Assembly (NCBI GenBank): GCA_965224085.1
Contig: CBDCYI010000005.1
Location: 128,001 to 192,000, forward strand
DNA length: 64,000 bases
Source of the DNA: Candidatus Marinacidobacterales bacterium
GTDB taxonomy: Bacteria > Acidobacteriota > Vicinamibacteria > Marinacidobacterales > SMYC01
Direction: 5' to 3'
The notes beneath the pieces are model-generated. The model saw only the letters and a list, made by a program, of their open reading frames with translations. It ran no database searches and was not told the DNA's origin. A program made the translations under genes and the position numbers. Position 1 is the first letter of the stretch; each line of letters opens with the position of its first letter. Positions 1 through 9,557 of the stretch are shown here, in pieces.

Positions 1-413
1 GTGACGCATGCGGTAATCCTCAGGTAGTCCTTCTCTTTGGAATGAAGTTTCATTGGTGGACAACGTGGTACCCTCAAAGTATTCATCAATCCGCGACGTT
101 TGGTCCGGATTGGTGGATTTGTTTTCGGGTTTGCGTCTCTCGATGTCGGACAAACGTCGACTCTAGTTACGACAAGGAACGTGAAACTGGGGTTGACGCG
201 AGTTTAATGAATGTCCCGCGAATAGTTTAATGAGTGCGTTCTACCATGCCGACCCGGAACCCCTTCCCCGTCACAATTAAAAACTGTCCCATTTTACTGA
301 TGCCGACGCATTTGTCGAGAGGAAAAGAGACTTTTTTGAAGGCACGAAAGATTCCAAGGCCTTTAGAGCGAAACGCCGACGGAACAGAGACAACGAGGTA
401 TGATGAGCGCGCG

Positions 414-903
414 ATGTTCGAGGCGGCCGAGCTCGGCAGCAAGATGAGCAAAGAAGAATACGAGAAAATCGAGCCATCCCTTCGGGTCAGCCTGCTCACG
501 GTTCAGTACGAGCTTCGCGAAAGCGATTTTCCGTTGATCCTCGTACTCGCGGGAAACGACCGGCTGGGCTGCACCGAGGTGGCGAACCTTCTCCACGAAT
601 GGATGGACCCTCCTTATATCACGGCGCATTTTTTCGAAGATGCTACCAGGAGGAGAGGGCTGGGATGCTGCGGGCAAAGGCGGGGTGATCCGTCGGCTGA
701 CGCACGCGATGGACGCCGCACTTTATCGGGTCATTCCCATCGCGTCACCCACCGACGAGGAGCTCGCGCACCATTACCTCTGGCGCTTCTGGCGCAACCT
801 GCCTAAGAAGGGCCACGTCGCCATCTTTGATCGCAGCTGGTATGGCCGCGTGCTCGTGGAGCGCGTCGAAGGTTTCGCTACCGGGGAGGAGTGGAAGTGC
901 TGA
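414..903 (+). pseudogene. Polyphosphate kinase 2 / polyP:AMP phosphotransferase remnant (internal deletion, frameshift, truncated)
   Basis: N-terminal MFEAAELGSKMSKEEY...LLHEWMDP joins, in another frame near 640-655, to EGWDAAGKGGVIRR...YLWRFW...IFDRSWYGRVLVERVEG (PPK2 Walker A/B motifs); stops at 903. Confidence 0.85.
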
Positions 904-938
904 AGGCCGTCTGCCGCGCTTTGAAGACGATCCTGTGG

Positions 939-1772
939 TCAAAAAGTAACCCCGAAAGGCCCTCTCAAGGCGAAGGCGAAGACCATTGAGAGCACGAAAT
1001 AAATAATCATCCAGTGGATCTCGAGGCCGAAGACGCCCACGTTCACGTTTGCGTCCGGATAGGTAACGGTGATGGATTCTATCGGCCCGTCTCCGGGAAG
1101 CGCTGCTTCGGCCGGATAGAGCAGCTCGTCGACGAAGCCACGCACGCGCGTCGGCGAGCGGCGGCCGATGTTGTCCATGACGCGCACGGTCTTCGTCGCG
1201 GCAGCGGTTCCGTTTCGGATCTCGAGCTCGTAATCGCCGGGCGCTTCGGCCGTGAGTCTCCAGGCCATTTCTCCGAGCGTAGGTATCCAGACCGCGGGCT
1301 CGCGCAGACTCAAGCCGTCCGGCAAGTCTACTTCGAAAGCGGGCTTCACGCGTTCGCTGTAGGCGCCGGATTCCAGCTGCACTTTGAGCAGCACGTCTTT
1401 GCCGACCTCGAGACCTTCATAGCCGTAGTGGAACTGGAGCTGCGCGATGATGAGGATGAGCGGTGGGAGGGTCCACACCATCGGAGCCAAGGAATAACGC
1501 ATATAGGTCAAGTTGTGCCGGAGGATGTCGCGCTGTGCCCGCATGATGGCTCGAAAATCGTCGTTGAACAGGCGAATTTCGAAAAGACCCGCGTGAATGT
1601 GCTGCTTCACGTTCTCGAGGGCCTTTCGGTTCGATGTGTGCTTAAAGACGATGAGAAGTCCGATCGCGGTCAGGAGCGAGACGACGGTGATACCCACCAT
1701 CGCGGGCAAATCGCGAAACGGATAAAGAAGCGCGTCGAAGAGAGGGCGCATGAGCGCGTTGATGAATGACAT
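939..1772 (-). CDS. Membrane protein, possibly EMC3/TMCO1/DUF106-like, with an inserted soluble domain
   Basis: 277 aa; TM1, charged helical segment, SLAPMVWTLPPLILI, beta-rich insert, C-terminal HWMIIYFVLSMVFAFALR; last gene of a tightly coupled operon. CDS is solid, family call is inference. Confidence 0.6.
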   Translation of the reverse strand: MSFINALMRPLFDALLYPFRDLPAMVGITVVSLLTAIGLLIVFKHTSNRKALENVKQHIHAGLFEIRLFNDDFRAIMRAQRDILRHNLTYMRYSLAPMVWTLPPLILIIAQLQFHYGYEGLEVGKDVLLKVQLESGAYSERVKPAFEVDLPDGLSLREPAVWIPTLGEMAWRLTAEAPGDYELEIRNGTAAATKTVRVMDNIGRRSPTRVRGFVDELLYPAEAALPGDGPIESITVTYPDANVNVGVFGLEIHWMIIYFVLSMVFAFALRGPFGVTF

Positions 1773-1778
1773 GGGCGG

Positions 1779-1970
1779 CTAGGAAATGTAGCCCAGTCCT
1801 TTCAACCGTTTCTTGATTTCTTCTTCGTCGCCAGCATCTTCGAGCTTGGCGAGCTCTTTTTCGAGCGCGTGGGAGATGAACTCGGCCGGCGAGGAATAGC
1901 CCGCGATGTCGGAATATTTCTTCACCCGGGCGAGAAGGTCTTTGTCTAGTTTGATCTTTGATCCAAACAT
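1779..1970 (-). CDS. Small ribbon-helix-helix (CopG-like) protein with C-terminal RLKGLGY motif
   Basis: 63 aa; KIKLDKDLLARVKK...GYSSPAEFISHALEKEL pattern; GAGG RBS; lies 9 bp after the upstream stop. Confidence 0.75.
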   Translation of the reverse strand: MFGSKIKLDKDLLARVKKYSDIAGYSSPAEFISHALEKELAKLEDAGDEEEIKKRLKGLGYIS

Positions 1971-1979
1971 TTTTGCCTC

Positions 1980-3932
1980 TTATTCGTCGGTATTCTTGGT
2001 ATTGATAGGCTCGTCGATCCCGAACTCGGCGAGGATGGCCGCCGCGAGGTCTTTTAATCTCGGCGCGCTCTTCTCGAGCACGCGGCTCGTCAACAGAATT
2101 CCTGGCACCGTCTCGTGATCCATCAAGTGACTGCCGCTCCAATCGTCGGTGTTGTCGGTAATGATTTCTTTGCCGACCGAACCCAAAGCCGTTCGTCCCG
2201 ACGAGCGCGTGCCTTTCGCATAGCCGACAATAATGTCGGGCCCGATCTCGATCTCCCCTCGATCCTTGTAATACTCGTCGCGCTTGTACACTTTCGTCAC
2301 CGCGTTCGTCTCGGTCACGGGATCGATCTCTGCGAGCAGGTCGTCGCAAATTCCGTCGATGAGCGCCTTTCGCTCGCCGTCCGGCACGATGCCGTGTTTC
2401 TCACGCCCGCGCAGGTTGATGTAGAGGCCGTTGATCCCGAGTGCGTAGGCCTGCGTCTGGGTCCAGTCGACGTTAACGAACAAGCCTGGATCGTTTTCCA
2501 TGTCCGGATTCTTGACGGTGAGATAGCCTTTCTCTTTCAGCCAGGCATTGAGATGGAACGACCGGCGCCACGATGTGAAGCCATGATCAGACATGACGAT
2601 GAGCGTCGTATCCTCGTCCATGTTCTCGAGTGTGTAGCCGACCATGTCGTCGAGGCCAACGTAGAGAGACTCGATGAGGTTGGCGTATAGGGGATCGACT
2701 TCGGGGTCATAAGCGGGATGCTCGGGATCGAGCGTCTTCCACATCACGTGGCTTATCTGGTCGACGTTGCCGGTGTAGTAGAAGAGCAGCCCCTCGTCGA
2801 ACTGCCCGAGCACATAGGCATACTGCTCCTGAATCTCCCGACCTGCAATCTCGGCTTGCGCGAGAAACTCGTCCACAGCGAGAACACCTTGTTCGACTAC
2901 TTTGGTGTCCTCGGGCATACCCTGCGTGTAGAAACGCCCTGTCGCGGCCGCGACCTCGGCGGCGTAGTCGTCAGGCGTCGAGATGGGAGCAGCAGGTGCC
3001 ATGGGGTCGAAGTTCACCGGCGACGCGTAGAGCTCGAAATCGGGCCGGACGGAGCGCAAGTAAAAGCGTGCCATTCCCGTGAGGCTCTGGGTCGGGATCA
3101 TGGGGAAGTCGACGGGGACCCAGTCGCTGAACTCGCCCTCTTCGAGGATGAGCTCCTGATCGCCAGCGACGATCTTGACTGCAGGGTCGATCGGATCGAG
3201 ATAGACGGTGAACTCCGAAGTGAGCTTCTCCTGCTCGACGAGGAACGGGTTGTCCGGGCCGTAGAGCTTCGCCTCTACCAGATCGTCGAAGATGTCGACT
3301 TCATAAACCTCGCCGCCCGTGATGTCCTCACCGGCAAAAGCGAAGAGCTTCGACGTGTAGAACGAAAACTCGCCAGAGCTGCCGGTGATGTCCGTCGTTC
3401 CCATTCCAGAGAGCTCAAAGGAAGCGGTTCCGGAAGGAGGAAAATTAGCGGGCATGCGCAGGATGGTCGTCTCGAAGCCGTGGTTCTCGAGAACCTCCCA
3501 GAACGCGCGTCCTTTTCGCAAGAGCTCGACGGTGCCGCCCGAGAGGGGGAACTGGTACTTCCCAACGGTCAGCGTGCTTCCCGCGTCGCTCGCTCGGCTC
3601 GTCGACATATAGGGGATCATCGTTTCCTTGTCGCGGTGCAAGAAGTCGTAGATGCCGTGTCCCCCGGAGTCGAGCCCCGTCATGAAATCGGACCAGGCGA
3701 CCGGGCTTTGCGGTGGCACCGATGTCTCGAGCGGCCCGAAGCTCCCGCCTTTGGCTACCTTCGAAAAATTGGGCAAGCGGCCTTCCTCCATAAGTTTCTT
3801 GGTGAGGGCGTAGTCCATGCCGTCGAAGCCGAGCACGATGACTTTCGGCCCGGCGGCTGTGGCGTCTGGGCCGCTCTGGCAACCTGCGGTCGCCGCGGCG
3901 GTCAAGAGGACGAGAACGAATTGCTTCATCAT
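1980..3932 (-). CDS. Alkaline phosphatase superfamily (type I phosphodiesterase/NPP) lipoprotein
   Basis: Start MMKQFVLVLLTAAATAGC (lipobox), ATGA overlap with upstream stop; GFDGMD, PPQSPVAWSDFMTG, MSDHGF, WSGSH motifs. Confidence 0.9.
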   Translation of the reverse strand: MMKQFVLVLLTAAATAGCQSGPDATAAGPKVIVLGFDGMDYALTKKLMEEGRLPNFSKVAKGGSFGPLETSVPPQSPVAWSDFMTGLDSGGHGIYDFLHRDKETMIPYMSTSRASDAGSTLTVGKYQFPLSGGTVELLRKGRAFWEVLENHGFETTILRMPANFPPSGTASFELSGMGTTDITGSSGEFSFYTSKLFAFAGEDITGGEVYEVDIFDDLVEAKLYGPDNPFLVEQEKLTSEFTVYLDPIDPAVKIVAGDQELILEEGEFSDWVPVDFPMIPTQSLTGMARFYLRSVRPDFELYASPVNFDPMAPAAPISTPDDYAAEVAAATGRFYTQGMPEDTKVVEQGVLAVDEFLAQAEIAGREIQEQYAYVLGQFDEGLLFYYTGNVDQISHVMWKTLDPEHPAYDPEVDPLYANLIESLYVGLDDMVGYTLENMDEDTTLIVMSDHGFTSWRRSFHLNAWLKEKGYLTVKNPDMENDPGLFVNVDWTQTQAYALGINGLYINLRGREKHGIVPDGERKALIDGICDDLLAEIDPVTETNAVTKVYKRDEYYKDRGEIEIGPDIIVGYAKGTRSSGRTALGSVGKEIITDNTDDWSGSHLMDHETVPGILLTSRVLEKSAPRLKDLAAAILAEFGIDEPINTKNTDE

Positions 3933-6112
3933 GCTTTTCCGCCTTTGCCAAACGTCCCTTCCGAGTAAAGAGGTGCTCCCTCCATGTGTTGGGGTGGCTC
4001 CAGCCCGAACATCTTGAGAGCGCTGGGGGCGATGTCCAGAAGCGTCGGCTCGTCTTTGTCGATCTTGTGATTGCTGAAGAAAACGCCGGGCACGAGCCTG
4101 GGGTCGACGCAATGATCGCCGCTCCAGGCTTTGACGTTGTCTTCGAAGACGGGCCCCGCGACCATTCCGGTGGCGCAGTCCCAAGAGATACGATAGCCGT
4201 CGTTGTAGCCGATGATGAGGTCGGGCGCGTTATCCGAATAAGGCCCTTCATAGATCACTTTGGTGTCGAAGACTTCGCGGATGCCGACCACACCGCGCTC
4301 CTCGTCTTTGATCCCGCCGAGTCTTGCGATGATCGCGTTCTTTACGGCTTTTTCCTCCTCGCCGGGCTCGACGATGCCCTGAGCTTCACGCCCCTTCATG
4401 TTGAGAAACATGCCGGTGAGACCGAGCGAGTAGGCTTCGGTGCGCGACCAGTCGACGTCCTGCAGCCATTCGGCTTCGCCGGTGGCGCCTTCTTTCAGCG
4501 TGAGAAAGCCTTCCTTTTGCAGCCAACGGTTCAAATTGACGCCGCGCTGGAAGGAGTTGAATCCGTGATCGGAGAGAACGATGAGCGCATCGTTTTTAGA
4601 GAGACGCTCCATGACTTTGCCGACGAGCACATCGTTGTGTTTGTAGATTTCCTCGATAGCGTTTCTGTGCTCGGCCTTTTCGATGTTAGCGCCTTTATTA
4701 GCCGGGTGGTCTTTTTCAAGATAGTGCCAGAACATGTGCTGGATACGATCCGTGGCGTCGAAGACGCAAACGAGCGAGCCTCGGCGCAAGCGGTCGAGCG
4801 CGGCGAAGAACATGTCTTGCCGCTCGCGATCGATGTCGTAGGTCTGCGTCAGAAACGTCCCGTCGTCGGTAACGCCCTCGTTCAGAGCCCACGTATCCTC
4901 TGCGAGGCCGAGCGTACAGAAGTGGCCGACCATCTTCGAAAGATAAGTCGAATAGTATGACGGATGCGAGATCGGCATTGCCGGCTTTTCGGGGTCGATG
5001 TTGATGGGCGTGACGTAGAGGGAGAAGTGGTCCTCCACTTCCGTCACCATCATGCGGCAGATCCCGGAGACTTTGATCGTGGGCGCTGCTTTGAACGAAA
5101 GCGGGATCCAGTCCGAGAGCTTCATCGGCTCGAGCTCGACCGTCTCGCCGTCCACCGTCAGCTTGGTCGTCTTCTTGGCCCGGTCGATATCGATGACGAG
5201 CGGGACTTCGAGCGGGGGGGAGCCCTCGAGGAACATATTCTCCGGGCCTTGGAGCGTCGTTTCCATCCGGGTCCCGTTCTTTTCGAGCTGGAAGCGCAAG
5301 CCGCCTTCCTTGAACTTCTTTTCCGCGGGCCGCGTCGTGTAGATTTCCGCGGGCCGCGTCGTGTAGAGAAGAAACGTGCCCTGAGTGCCGAGAAGATCGG
5401 GAACGCACATTGCGGAGAGCTGCGCGCCGTAGAACTTGTCCGGCGGAAACGTGATGGGGACGCGCAGCACCGTGCTCCAGATTTGGTGCTCTCCCAGAAT
5501 CGACCAAAACGGCTTCGATTTCCGGAGGAGCCGCACCTCGGGCTTGTGTAACGGAATTCTGTAGGGGCCGATCTTGAGCGATTTTTCGACGCTCCCGATA
5601 TGGGTCGACGAAAGGAGCGGCAAGTAGTTCCGTTTGTCCCGGTCGAGAAAGTCGAAAATGTTGTGCCGCGCCGGGTTCGTCCCTGTAGCGAAAGAGGACC
5701 AGGCGACCGGCGAGATCGAAGGGTAGGTCGTTCCGATTTTCGCGTAACAACCCGCCTCGGCGAGCTTCTTCATGTTAGGAAGAAGCCCCTTCTTCATGAA
5801 TTTGTCGGTCAGTTTTGGGTCTTGTCCGTCGAAGCCAACAATAATCAGGCGCTTCACCCAGGGTTTGGCTTGGGTTTTTCGGCGAAGAAAGCGCCACGTC
5901 ATCCGGAAAGGCCAGATGAGAAGCGAGAGAAGTGCTATGACGATGGTCGTAAAGACGACGAGAAAGGACGACACGAGCGCAAAGCCGGCGCCTGGGCCGA
6001 TATAGGCGTCTGCGGGCGCGGGGAGGAACAAAAGTGTCGCGACGAGCGCAGCAAGTGCCGCGGGACCCGCCGAAAACCAAGGTCGATTTCTCTCAGATTT
6101 GCGTCCAAGCAT
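3929..6112 (-). CDS. Alkaline phosphatase superfamily (type I phosphodiesterase/NPP) protein with signal peptide and TM anchor
   Basis: Signal ending ADA, then YIGPGAG and a TM helix; GFDGQD, PSISPVAWSSFATG, DRIQH, LSDHGF, WSGDH motifs; start at 6112 is an estimate. Confidence 0.9.
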   Translation of the reverse strand: MLGRKSERNRPWFSAGPAALAALVATLLFLPAPADAYIGPGAGFALVSSFLVVFTTIVIALLSLLIWPFRMTWRFLRRKTQAKPWVKRLIIVGFDGQDPKLTDKFMKKGLLPNMKKLAEAGCYAKIGTTYPSISPVAWSSFATGTNPARHNIFDFLDRDKRNYLPLLSSTHIGSVEKSLKIGPYRIPLHKPEVRLLRKSKPFWSILGEHQIWSTVLRVPITFPPDKFYGAQLSAMCVPDLLGTQGTFLLYTTRPAEIYTTRPAEKKFKEGGLRFQLEKNGTRMETTLQGPENMFLEGSPPLEVPLVIDIDRAKKTTKLTVDGETVELEPMKLSDWIPLSFKAAPTIKVSGICRMMVTEVEDHFSLYVTPINIDPEKPAMPISHPSYYSTYLSKMVGHFCTLGLAEDTWALNEGVTDDGTFLTQTYDIDRERQDMFFAALDRLRRGSLVCVFDATDRIQHMFWHYLEKDHPANKGANIEKAEHRNAIEEIYKHNDVLVGKVMERLSKNDALIVLSDHGFNSFQRGVNLNRWLQKEGFLTLKEGATGEAEWLQDVDWSRTEAYSLGLTGMFLNMKGREAQGIVEPGEEEKAVKNAIIARLGGIKDEERGVVGIREVFDTKVIYEGPYSDNAPDLIIGYNDGYRISWDCATGMVAGPVFEDNVKAWSGDHCVDPRLVPGVFFSNHKIDKDEPTLLDIAPSALKMFGLEPPQHMEGAPLYSEGTFGKGGKA
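5320..5367. repeat. Perfect 24-bp in-frame tandem duplication
   Basis: tttccgcgggccgcgtcgtgtaga x2, encoding YTTRPAEI-YTTRPAEK. Confidence 0.95.
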
Positions 6113-6158
6113 AACCAAGCAGTCTACCGCAAAATCCGACCTGGATGTTATAGGATCG

Positions 6159-6830
6159 ATGGCCGTCATGAAGAGACTCTATCGAAGAATCCGCTACGGC
6201 GAGCCCATCATCATCGTCTCGGGGCTTCCTCGCTCGGGAACGTCCATGACCATGCAAATGCTAGCGGCGGCAGGCGTTTCGGTCGTCACCGACGGCGTGC
6301 GCAAGGCCGGTGAGGACAACCCCAAGGGCTATTACGAAGACGAGCGGGTGAAAGACCTTCTCAAAGATAACGAGGACAGGGCGTGGGTCCAAGACGCCCG
6401 CGGTAAAGCGATCAAGATCATCTCGTTCCTGTTGAAAGACTTGCCGGAGACCAACAACTACAAAGTGATCTTCATGCGGCGAGATCTTTCTGAAGTCCTC
6501 GCCTCCCAGCAGAAAATGCTGGACCGGCGCGGCGAGGACAACGACACGGATGACGAGCGGATGCTCGAGCTCTGGAAAGACCATTTGTGGAAGGTGAACT
6601 ATCTGATGACGCACGCGGACCCGTTCGAGTTCCTGAACGTGCCCTACCGGGACGTTGTCGCGAAACCCCTCGAGCAGGCTCGCCGCATCAAGGAATTCCT
6701 CGGCCTTTCCGTCGACCCCGAGCAGATGGCGAGTGCTGTCGACGAAAAACTCTATAGAAACCGCTCCAAAGCTCGACACTCGAAAGTGGTGTGCGCGGAT
6801 CTTCGCACTTCTGGGACGTCGCGCCCGTGA
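6159..6830 (+). CDS. PAPS-dependent sulfotransferase family protein
   Basis: 5'-PSB loop SGLPRSGTS, NPKGYYE, RRDLSEVLASQ; the tail after LYRNR may be read-through into remnant DNA. Confidence 0.85.
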   Translation: MAVMKRLYRRIRYGEPIIIVSGLPRSGTSMTMQMLAAAGVSVVTDGVRKAGEDNPKGYYEDERVKDLLKDNEDRAWVQDARGKAIKIISFLLKDLPETNNYKVIFMRRDLSEVLASQQKMLDRRGEDNDTDDERMLELWKDHLWKVNYLMTHADPFEFLNVPYRDVVAKPLEQARRIKEFLGLSVDPEQMASAVDEKLYRNRSKARHSKVVCADLRTSGTSRP

Positions 6831-6910
6831 TCTAGATCATGTCTGGATAACGTCGCTGCTGTCATCATCGATGACAGTATTCCTGTAGACATCAAGACGC
6901 CACCGAATCG

Positions 6911-6994
6911 GGCCATTTCGAGATGATCGATCCTTCCACCTCGACGTGGCCGCTCGTACGCGACGCCGCGCGCGACCTCGTCAAAGATCAATAG
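6911..6994 (+). pseudogene. C-terminal fragment of an alpha/beta hydrolase
   Basis: Reads GHFEMIDPSTSTWPLVRDAARDLVKDQ*, resembling the catalytic-His end of esterase/lipase proteins. Confidence 0.45.
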
Positions 6995-7014
6995 TAAGAA
7001 AAACGTAACGCCTA

Positions 7015-7812
7015 CTAGTTTTGATCTCGATAAGCGCGGCCGTGGCGCTCGATCGCGGCTTTGACGTCTTTTTCAAAGTGCTGTGGATGGGCGACGAGCC
7101 CGCTCAGCAGCGGATCCCGTCGATTGAATAGGCGAGGCGTGCCGTTTGGCTCGTAGACCTGCCCGCCCGCGGCGAGCACAAGAGCAACCCCCGCGGCCAC
7201 GTCCCACTCGTTCTTGGGAACGAGTGTCCACATCGCGTCGGCGCGTCCCGCCGCAACGAGTGCGAGCTTGTAAGCGACGGAACCCATCGGTTTCACATCG
7301 AAAGCAGCATCCTCGAGGATGTCCCACTCGCCGCGCTTCGATTCGCTGCGGCTTCCGAGCACCACCCCGCCAGCGAGCGCCTCGCGGGTGCTCATCGCAG
7401 CCTGCTCGCCGTTTCTCGACACACCGATGTCGCGGCCCCCAACGATTTTCTCCCCGGATTGCGGGTTCAAGATGCCGCCCGCGACGGGCACACCGTCCTC
7501 GACATAGCCGATGGACACGCACCATTCGGGGATGCCGAGGACGAACTCCTTCGTGCCGTCGAGCGGGTCGACAACCCAGACTCGCTCGGCGGCCAAGCGG
7601 ACCAGATCGTCGGTCGTTTCCTCCGAGAGCCAGCCTTCGCCCTCGCGCGGCAGAAGCTCGTGGAGCACGTCGTTAACGGCGTTGTCCGCCGCGGTGACCG
7701 GATCGCCGCCAGCTTTTTTTTCCGCTTCGACTTCGCCGGGTGTGAAGGCCGCCAGCACTTTCTCCGCGGCCAGCAGAGCTTCGCAGATGCGCTCGATAGG
7801 CGTCGTGCCCAC
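7015..7812 (-). CDS. cysQ: 3'(2'),5'-bisphosphate nucleotidase (inositol monophosphatase family)
   Basis: DPVTAAD, LSEE, WVVDPLDGTKEF, EWDVAAG motifs; directly downstream of sat-cysC. Confidence 0.85.
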   Translation of the reverse strand: MGTTPIERICEALLAAEKVLAAFTPGEVEAEKKAGGDPVTAADNAVNDVLHELLPREGEGWLSEETTDDLVRLAAERVWVVDPLDGTKEFVLGIPEWCVSIGYVEDGVPVAGGILNPQSGEKIVGGRDIGVSRNGEQAAMSTREALAGGVVLGSRSESKRGEWDILEDAAFDVKPMGSVAYKLALVAAGRADAMWTLVPKNEWDVAAGVALVLAAGGQVYEPNGTPRLFNRRDPLLSGLVAHPQHFEKDVKAAIERHGRAYRDQN

Positions 7813-7815
7813 TGC

Positions 7816-9534
7816 CTATGCTCCGATGAACCCGAGGCTCTCGAGGTGCAAGATGATCTCTTGCGCCGCCTCCTCGGGGCTGATATCGGTCGTGTCGATC
7901 GTGAGCGCGGCGTTCTCGGGCACTTGATAAGGATCCGAGATGCCCGTGAACTCTTTGATGATGCCCTGACGCGCCTTCGCGTACATGCCTTTCCGATCGC
8001 GCTTCTCACAGACGTCGAGGGGCGTCGACGTGTGGACAAGAATGTAGCCACCGAGCGGTGCTATCATTGCTTCGACTTCCTTACGCACCGAATCGTAAGG
8101 TGCTATGGGGGCGCAAATCGCGATGCCTCTGTTTTTCGTGATCTCCGAAGCGACATAGCCGATGCGGCGGATGTTGATATCGCGATGCTCTTTCGAGAAG
8201 CCGAGCTCCGAGGACAGGTTCTTGCGTACGATGTCGCCGTCGAGAAGCGTGACCGGCCTTCCGCCCATTTCGAGAAGCTTCACTAGCAGCACGTTCGCGA
8301 CGGTGGATTTCCCCGAGCCCGAGAGGCCGGTAAAGAAAACGGTGAGGCCTTGCTGCTTCCGGGGAGGATGCGTGCGTCTGAGCTCCGTGGCCACGTCTTC
8401 GAACGTGAACCATTCCGGCAAGTCCTTCCCCGTCGCGAGACGCTCCCGCAGCTCCGTTCCAGAGATGCTAGAAACGCGAGCGCCATCGGGCACTTCGTCC
8501 TGCGGCATGTACGCATCTTTATCCTCGAGATAGACCATCATCTTGAACGGCACCATCGCGACGCCAAGCTCTTTTTCGTGCTTTTGCAAAAGCTCCTGCG
8601 CGTCATAGGGGCCGTAAAAGGGCTGGCCGCTCGAATCGCTCCCCGGGCCGGCGTGATCCCGGCCGACGATGAGGTGCGTACATCCGTAGTTCTTCCGGAT
8701 GATCGCGTGCCAGACCGCTTCGCGCGGGCCGCCCATGCGCATCGCGAGAGGCAGAAGCGAAAGGCGCGCGGTGTTGCGTGGATAATGCTCCGAAATCGCT
8801 TGGTAGCAGCGCACGCGCGTGTAGTGGTCCAGATCGCCGGGCTTGGTCATGCCCACGACGGGGTGGATCAGCAAGTTGGCCTCGACCTCTTTCGCCGCTC
8901 TGAGTGTGAGCTCGTGGTGGGCGCGGTGCATGGGGTTTCTCGTTTGGAAGGCGACGATCTTCCTCCAACCGAGCCGCGTGAACTCTTCGCGCAGCCGCTT
9001 GGGCGTGAAGCGAAGCGCGCGAAAGTCGTAGTGGCTCGGAACCTGTAGGCCTTCGAGGCGCCCGCCGACGTAATAGGGGTTGGCTTGGTCGAGCGTGTAA
9101 GCGACCGCGGGATGCTCACGATTCGTCGTTCCGAATACCGACTCGACTTCTTTGTCGCGGTCCGGCTGCCACACTTCTTCGACGTGAAGCACGGCCAGCA
9201 TCACACCTTCCGGATCGCGAAGCGCGAGCTTGGATCCCGAAGAGAGTTTTTTCGCGAGAGTTTCCGGTAGATCCAAGGTGATAGGTATCGGCCACAGGAT
9301 GCCGCTCGCGAGCCGCATGTCGGAGCACACACCGTCATAGTCGGCGCGGCCGAGAAAACCGGTCAACGGTGAGAAGCCGCCATTGAGCAGAAGCTCCAGG
9401 TCGCAAAGCTGACGGGGTGTGAGGTCCCAGGACGGCCAATCCCGAGATTCCGTTTTGATTTCCTCCTGCCGCTCTGGCGTGGCGATGACGTCGACGAGAC
9501 TCCCGCCATGGGGCTCAACTAGATGTGTGGACAT
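7816..9534 (-). CDS. sat: Bifunctional sulfate adenylyltransferase / adenylylsulfate kinase
   Basis: FQTRNPMHRAH, VGRDHAG, ISGTELR, then APS kinase GLSGSGKST, LDGDIVR, FTGISDPY; start MSTHLVEPHGG. Confidence 0.95.
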   Translation of the reverse strand: MSTHLVEPHGGSLVDVIATPERQEEIKTESRDWPSWDLTPRQLCDLELLLNGGFSPLTGFLGRADYDGVCSDMRLASGILWPIPITLDLPETLAKKLSSGSKLALRDPEGVMLAVLHVEEVWQPDRDKEVESVFGTTNREHPAVAYTLDQANPYYVGGRLEGLQVPSHYDFRALRFTPKRLREEFTRLGWRKIVAFQTRNPMHRAHHELTLRAAKEVEANLLIHPVVGMTKPGDLDHYTRVRCYQAISEHYPRNTARLSLLPLAMRMGGPREAVWHAIIRKNYGCTHLIVGRDHAGPGSDSSGQPFYGPYDAQELLQKHEKELGVAMVPFKMMVYLEDKDAYMPQDEVPDGARVSSISGTELRERLATGKDLPEWFTFEDVATELRRTHPPRKQQGLTVFFTGLSGSGKSTVANVLLVKLLEMGGRPVTLLDGDIVRKNLSSELGFSKEHRDINIRRIGYVASEITKNRGIAICAPIAPYDSVRKEVEAMIAPLGGYILVHTSTPLDVCEKRDRKGMYAKARQGIIKEFTGISDPYQVPENAALTIDTTDISPEEAAQEIILHLESLGFIGA

Positions 9535-9557
9535 TCCTTCTCCTTGAATTTTCGGGC

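Noticed and set aside
3933-4184. N-terminal extensions in the supplied ORF track (also 40582-41070, 48781-48960, 57096-57365)
   Set aside because: They overlap upstream genes; internal starts with signal peptides or ATGA coupling fit better
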